DNA of 50,791 nucleotides. Source: a virus. Its lineage: Duplodnaviria; Caudoviricetes. Where the stretch lies: the IMG/VR virus record IMGVR_UViG_3300031576_000065, positions 1-50,791 of that record; one strand, given 5' to 3'. Below the pieces are notes generated by a model, which was given only the letters and a program-made list of their open reading frames with translations, searched no databases and had not been told where the DNA came from. Positions within the stretch are counted from its first letter, which is position 1. Each line of letters begins with the position of its first letter. The position numbers were made by a program, and so were the translations under genes. Of the stretch, positions 46,527 through 50,791 are shown in pieces.

Positions 46527-47174
46527 CTAATGTTTTTCAACATGGACTATATCTTTCTCAAGGGCGCTTGTGGCCTCATCGCTTTCGCTGAGCCTAGTCT
46601 CTAGAGCTTCAAAACGCTGTTGCATAAGTTCAACATCTTTTTCAACATCGCTTCGCTTGCTACGGTATTCCCGCGTTGGTATTTCCAACCACGTATCCAC
46701 CGTTTTCACCCTTTTATTATTTCCTTTGGTGTTACACTGAGCCAATTTCTCTGCTAAATTCTGGTATCTAGATACATATTTATCAGAATTTTTAGAGTTT
46801 TTAGGCTGCCCGGTCTTGGCCTTCATAATCATATTACGCCCATAATGGGCCTGTATTGAAAGCGCAATTTTTACTTGGTCATGCTTTAGGACAATGTAAG
46901 GTTTCATTTCTTCCAAAAAACGCTGAGCGTTTGTCCCCAATAACTCAAATTGCCATTGGGGAGCCCAATGTTCTTTCTGGCTTTTTCTATAGTATAATTT
47001 CCCTTCTGGAAATTCCGCAAGAAATAAACCAATTGGGAGAGGATCAGTTGAAGCAACCGCCACATGCAAACACGGATTGCTTTGTCCAGATTTTGAAACC
47101 TTAATCCAACCTTCTCCATCAAAGAATCCGGCTAGATACGCTCTCATAGAGCGTCTTTTATTATTCATCGCCAT
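46527..47174 (-). CDS. Intron-encoded LAGLIDADG endonuclease 2
   Basis: AYLAGFFDGEG..FLEEMKPY..K..Q; the G of its TAG stop is the intron omega-G. Confidence 0.88.
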   Translation of the reverse strand: MAMNNKRRSMRAYLAGFFDGEGWIKVSKSGQSNPCLHVAVASTDPLPIGLFLAEFPEGKLYYRKSQKEHWAPQWQFELLGTNAQRFLEEMKPYIVLKHDQVKIALSIQAHYGRNMIMKAKTGQPKNSKNSDKYVSRYQNLAEKLAQCNTKGNNKRVKTVDTWLEIPTREYRSKRSDVEKDVELMQQRFEALETRLSESDEATSALEKDIVHVEKH

Positions 47175-47213
47175 CTATCGTGGCCTCTCTAGAAATATGT
47201 GCTCAGGAAACCT
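46527..47213 (-). mobile_element. Group I intron 2 in the major capsid gene (687 nt)
   Basis: 5' exon ends in U within P1 GCUU|AGG-UUU-CCUGAGC; P3 AGGGUG/CGCCCU; P4 ACGGU/ACCGU; P6 AGC/GCU; P7 GACUA/UAGUC with AAGAUAUAGUCC; P9 AUGUU-GAAA-AACAU; ends in G. Confidence 0.92.
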
Positions 47214-47962
47214 AAGCGTCAAACCCAACAACCCACTTGAGAATGTTACCATCCTCGTCAAGCCAGTTCCAGTCGCCGGTATCGAACATCTTCAGATGCT
47301 TCTCGTCGAGGAAGAAGACCTTCCCAAACGGAGCCTGACGATCCGCGATAAACGGCTGACCGAAGTAGTCGAGTGCCTTAAACCCTCCCTTGAGGGTCAT
47401 CGGCTCAACATACCTGACCTGGGGCTGCAGGAGGTTGAATAGCGCACGCTGAATGCCCGGACTGGAAATCATACCAGAGGTATCTCCGCCGGCAACCGTC
47501 ACCGTGTTGACACTCTGGGTCATAAGATCCAGTGTAAGAGCACCCGCAGCGTTAATGCGGTTCACGTCCCACCAACCATTACCCACCGCCGACGCGTCAA
47601 TACCACCAAAGGTATTGGCGGCCGTAGGTATCACCTGTGACAAACCAGCGATCTCATAAGAGACCGAGGAAGCCGCAGCGTTACCCTGGCGAAAGATAAA
47701 GTCAGTACCGGAAGTCATCGTCACAACAGCACCATCAATGGTGATCTGCGCTAGTGAGACGCTGACATCGGTAACCCCACGGTCTGCAAACCGTGTGGTC
47801 GGAGCAGCAAGGGTACCGCCGTCAATCTGCATTCCAATATACACCTCACCCTTACGAAGCGGCTCGGCTGTATTGGTAGAACCGCCCGAGATGGGGCGGA
47901 TATCGATGACGTTGGCAGCGGCAGCGGAACCGGAAGAAATCCGGGCCGTACCGTCCCCGTAT
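47214..47962 (-). CDS. Major capsid protein, exon 2
   Basis: YGDGTARISSG..EIAGL..GGID..LTLDLM..LKGGF..PFIAD..; open frame from 47961. Confidence 0.88.
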
Positions 47963-48608
47963 CAAGTATATTATACTTGGACTATATCTTTCTCAGGGGC
48001 GCTAGTGGCTTCAACGCTTTCGCTGTGCCTAGTCTCTACACCTTCAAGATGCTCTCGAATCTTTTTTACATCTGATTCTGCTTCATCTTGCTTGGCTCGG
48101 TATTGTCTGGATTTAGAAGGCCAGAGTTCCACCGAGTTCACCCCTAGTGTTCCTTTTTGCTCTTTCATCTTATCGGCAATTTGTTGTGCGCGTCGATGAA
48201 AATGAGCCGGATAAGGAGCATTCATTGGCAACTTTTTACGCCGCCTATCTGCACGATACCGACTTGAGTAGTTTAAAAATGACAGAGCAAGTTTTATCTG
48301 TTCATGCTTATAAACTACATAGGGCTTCATTTCTTCAAGAAACCGTCGAGCGGTTTCTCCATATAGATTGAGCCGATAGGCCCCATCAATTTTTTTAAAA
48401 GTAGCTTCTGGATACTCTTGAAAAAGAAGCCCGATAGGGAGGGGGACAATCATATGAATTCCTACAGAAAGTCTCCACACCCCACCAGTAAAGTAAACCC
48501 CAACAGTTCCCTCGCCGTCGAATAAACCGGCAAAATATGCTTGGAGTTTCTCTCTCTTACGAGTCATACGCCCTCACTTGGGTTTGAAAGGATACAGCCA
48601 TACATTAT
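47963..48608 (-). mobile_element. Group I intron 1 in the major capsid gene (646 nt)
   Basis: P1 CAGCU|AUA-AUG-UAUGGCUG with U.G pair; P3 GGGGUG/CGCCCC; P4 CUCGGU/ACCGAG; P5 UCUGG/CCAGA; P6a CAAGAUG/CAUCUUG; P7 GACUA/UAGUC; P9 AAGUAU/AUACUU; ends in G. Confidence 0.92.
47971..48567 (-). CDS. Intron-encoded LAGLIDADG endonuclease 1
   Basis: AYFAGLFDGEG..FLEEMKPY..KHEQ; stop lies inside P9. Confidence 0.88.
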   Translation of the reverse strand: MTRKREKLQAYFAGLFDGEGTVGVYFTGGVWRLSVGIHMIVPLPIGLLFQEYPEATFKKIDGAYRLNLYGETARRFLEEMKPYVVYKHEQIKLALSFLNYSSRYRADRRRKKLPMNAPYPAHFHRRAQQIADKMKEQKGTLGVNSVELWPSKSRQYRAKQDEAESDVKKIREHLEGVETRHSESVEATSAPEKDIVQV

Positions 48609-49006
48609 AGCTGGCGAGCTAGATCCATCTTAAGGTCGTTTCTCATACCATTGATTTCGCCCTCAAGCACCTTAAGAAAGGCACCTGCCTGGGTCGCAGT
48701 CTTCACGCGGCCAAGTCCAGTGATACGAACGCGTCCGTAGAGCGCCTTGATATCGTAGACCGGCTTTGCATAAAGCTGTGCGCCAGGGTTGGCGAACTGA
48801 ACATTCTCGCCGCGTGCGAACACGCCAGCAGAACGCTGCTTATGGACAGAGAGGACGACCTGGTTGCCCGAGAAATCCTGGGACTCACGGCCGATGCGCT
48901 GAGGAATCAGCACTTCGTTGTTTAGCTGCTCCACAACGGAGCCTAGATAAACATCCTTGAGAACACCAGAAAGAGTCGAGGCAACAGATGCGCCTAGAAA
49001 AGCCAT
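48609..49006 (-). CDS. Major capsid protein, exon 1 (spliced product 414 aa)
   Basis: AGGAG RBS; MAFLGASVASTLSGVLKDVY..DLARQL; exon lengths 398+749+98=1245 nt give one open frame. Confidence 0.88.
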
Positions 49007-49054
49007 TTGTCACTCCTCTTACCGAACTTACAAACAAGTCCTAGAGTGAAGTGG

Positions 49055-49858
49055 TTAACTAAGTTGTGCTCTGACGATCTCCATAGCGGCAGCACGAAGC
49101 TGCTCCTCAGTCTGGGGTGGAACACTCTGCTGCTGTGCGCTACCCGAAGGTAGCGGAGCAGGGGTGTTAACCGAAGACTTACTACTTAGATACCTGGCGA
49201 GTACCTGATCCTGCACCGCCTGATACTGCCCCGCAGCGGCCATAAGGTCGCCATTGGTAGCAAAACCAAGGTCGATGACGGCCTGCATATCCTGTTCGGT
49301 CCAGTCTGGGTGCTGACTCTGAATCACAGAAATCTGCCGATCCAGCTGGGCTGAGAGGTTAGCTGTCTGCCACTCGTCCTGCATCTGATCCCGCCATTGC
49401 TCAAGCTCAGCAATTTTCTCCTCGTAGGGATCAGGCCCAACAGGTTGCCCGTACTCGTCATACGTTTCCTCCGCCTCTTGGAGGTAGCCTAGCTGCGCTA
49501 GCTGGCCTTGGAGGGTCTGGTACGCTTGTAGGGCGAACTGTGGGTCCGAATTGAGCGCCTGGACAAACTGAATAGCCTGCTCAGCTTCCTGACGCTGCTG
49601 TGCCGCCTCCTGAGTCTTGCGCGTATAATCAGACTGCATCTCGCGTTCACGAGCGCGAATGAAAATTTGCGCTTCTTCTGGTAGGTGGCTAATGTCGATA
49701 CTCTTTGAGGTCGGTTCTACCGACTGACTCGGTGTTGGTTCGACAGGTGCCGTCTCTGGCGCTCCCGTTGTCGGGGCTTCAGGCTGGTTCCCTTCCTGAG
49801 CCGACGAATCGGACTCTAGATCGTGGAATGCCCCCAAAGCTGCATCGTAATTACTCAA
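49055..49858 (-). CDS. Capsid scaffolding protein
   Basis: TTG after GGAGGAGG; acidic/Pro-rich N-terminus, DYTRKTQE motif, coiled coil; directly upstream of the capsid gene. Confidence 0.78.
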   Translation of the reverse strand: MSNYDAALGAFHDLESDSSAQEGNQPEAPTTGAPETAPVEPTPSQSVEPTSKSIDISHLPEEAQIFIRAREREMQSDYTRKTQEAAQQRQEAEQAIQFVQALNSDPQFALQAYQTLQGQLAQLGYLQEAEETYDEYGQPVGPDPYEEKIAELEQWRDQMQDEWQTANLSAQLDRQISVIQSQHPDWTEQDMQAVIDLGFATNGDLMAAAGQYQAVQDQVLARYLSSKSSVNTPAPLPSGSAQQQSVPPQTEEQLRAAAMEIVRAQLS

Positions 49859-50378
49859 CGTATTCCTCCTCCGCCCTCGTGAGTGCCCTATACGTCGTAT
49901 GGACTGGTTCCTCGAAAGCTTCGATTTCTGCTGCCCGTGAGCGGGCTGCGTCCAGCATACCGACAACTAGACCTGAAAACAACTCCCGCAATTCTTCAAC
50001 CGGGGGAAGGGCAAGCGTGTGCTCCACCCTAGTTGTCTCAGTGATAGCTTCGTATGCACGGATCTTGTCCGAAAGGACGCCAATTCCAGTAACTAGCTGA
50101 GGGATAGTCGCCCTTTCACCGGTGTCTAGCACCGCCTCTAGTTTCTGAAGTAGCTTACCTCGGATTCGGACAGCATTGGAAATAAAGTCGTTGGCTACAA
50201 GTTCTACCTCAGCGGTAACCGCCTCTGGCACACCTTTAGCCGCCCACTCCATTTTCCAACGTCGAACAGCCGACACGTCAATTCCCGTGTTTCTAGCTGT
50301 ACGCTTTACATTACCTTCATTCACAGTGAGTTCTGCATACACCACGGCCTTATCGTGGTCTGTGTATGTACGCCTCAT
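49851..50378 (-). CDS. HTH protein, putative terminase small subunit
   Basis: RRTYT..K..GNVKRTARNTGIDVSAVRRWK followed by two helices ending GVLSDK. Confidence 0.55.
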   Translation of the reverse strand: MRRTYTDHDKAVVYAELTVNEGNVKRTARNTGIDVSAVRRWKMEWAAKGVPEAVTAEVELVANDFISNAVRIRGKLLQKLEAVLDTGERATIPQLVTGIGVLSDKIRAYEAITETTRVEHTLALPPVEELRELFSGLVVGMLDAARSRAAEIEAFEEPVHTTYRALTRAEEEYVE

Positions 50379-50791
50379 TACTTACCGCCTTTTGTGGGCT
50401 TCGGTTTGAAGGAACTCTCTTTGAGCTTCTTCTCGGCCAAGTCCGCTTTCGCGGAAGCCTCGCGCTCTTTGTGCTCTTGAAGGCCAGCGTCAGAGCCCGT
50501 CTTCTGATCGTGCTGCTGCTGACGCTGTTCATTCTGTTGTGCGATGGTGCCAGACCGAATTGCTGCATCTGCCAGCTTGACCTGAATTTCCTGGGCCTTA
50601 AGCTGCATATCCAGTGGAGTAAGCGGGTCATTCCCCGCCTCGTCCTGGTCGATCTTATCAATGCTATCGGACACCCAGGTTTCGAGCGGCGGCTCCTGCA
50701 TATCCTCTGCTGTAACGTCGATACCTGCGCGATCCAGGATCTTCGCTGTAGCAGTAGGCCCGGCCGTGCTCTTGATCTGCAAGGTCGGTGT
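50378..50791 (-). CDS. Portal protein, C-terminal part
   Basis: In-frame continuation of the 2269 ORF through the terminal overlap; ends ..KPKPTKGGK, with the stop overlapping the next ATG. Confidence 0.8.
   Translation of the reverse strand, partial: TPTLQIKSTAGPTATAKILDRAGIDVTAEDMQEPPLETWVSDSIDKIDQDEAGNDPLTPLDMQLKAQEIQVKLADAAIRSGTIAQQNEQRQQQHDQKTGSDAGLQEHKEREASAKADLAEKKLKESSFKPKPTKGGK
50557..50791. repeat. Terminal overlap copy 2 (contig circularisation)
   Basis: Same 235-nt sequence as the window start; implies a ~50,556-bp circular or permuted genome. Confidence 0.97.

Noticed and set aside
46527-48608. Inteins or stop-codon recoding in the capsid gene
   Set aside because: No Cys/Ser..His-Asn intein ends, the endonucleases have their own starts, and full group I pairings with U and G borders explain the breaks.

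Overview
The window is an apparently complete, circularly assembled dsDNA tailed-phage genome of about 50,556 bp (bases 1-235 recur at 50557-50791). It has two arms. A + strand early/replication arm (~9.2-31.1 kb) and a - strand virion/lysis arm (8.6 kb down to 1, continuing from 50.5 kb down to 31.2 kb) diverge at an AT-rich region near 8.6-9.1 kb and converge at a hairpin at ~31.2 kb. No integrase, repressor, tape measure or tail tube gene is evident, so I infer a lytic, podovirus-like phage. GH25 and NlpC/P60 enzymes, TANNNT promoters and a leaderless gene weakly suggest a Gram-positive or actinobacterial host. Main result: the major capsid gene is split by two group I introns (47963-48608 and 46527-47213). 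In each, a LAGLIDADG endonuclease ORF starts in the P2 loop and reads in frame through the whole ribozyme core (P3-P9), stopping at or next to the terminal omega-G, so about 180 nt encode both protein and catalytic RNA. Other observations: a promoter-fronted, densely base-paired ~660-nt non-coding region (candidate large ncRNA); a family A polymerase split into two genes with a 4-nt disruption in motif A; a sigma factor split into region-2 and region-4 genes; two paralogous early proteins, one with an AT-hook; an amidoligase/GATase/ATP-grasp module; several SLOG-family and nucleotide-processing genes; a 9x16-aa repeat protein; and tRNA-Gln(CUG). All protein calls come from motif recognition by eye, not database searches.
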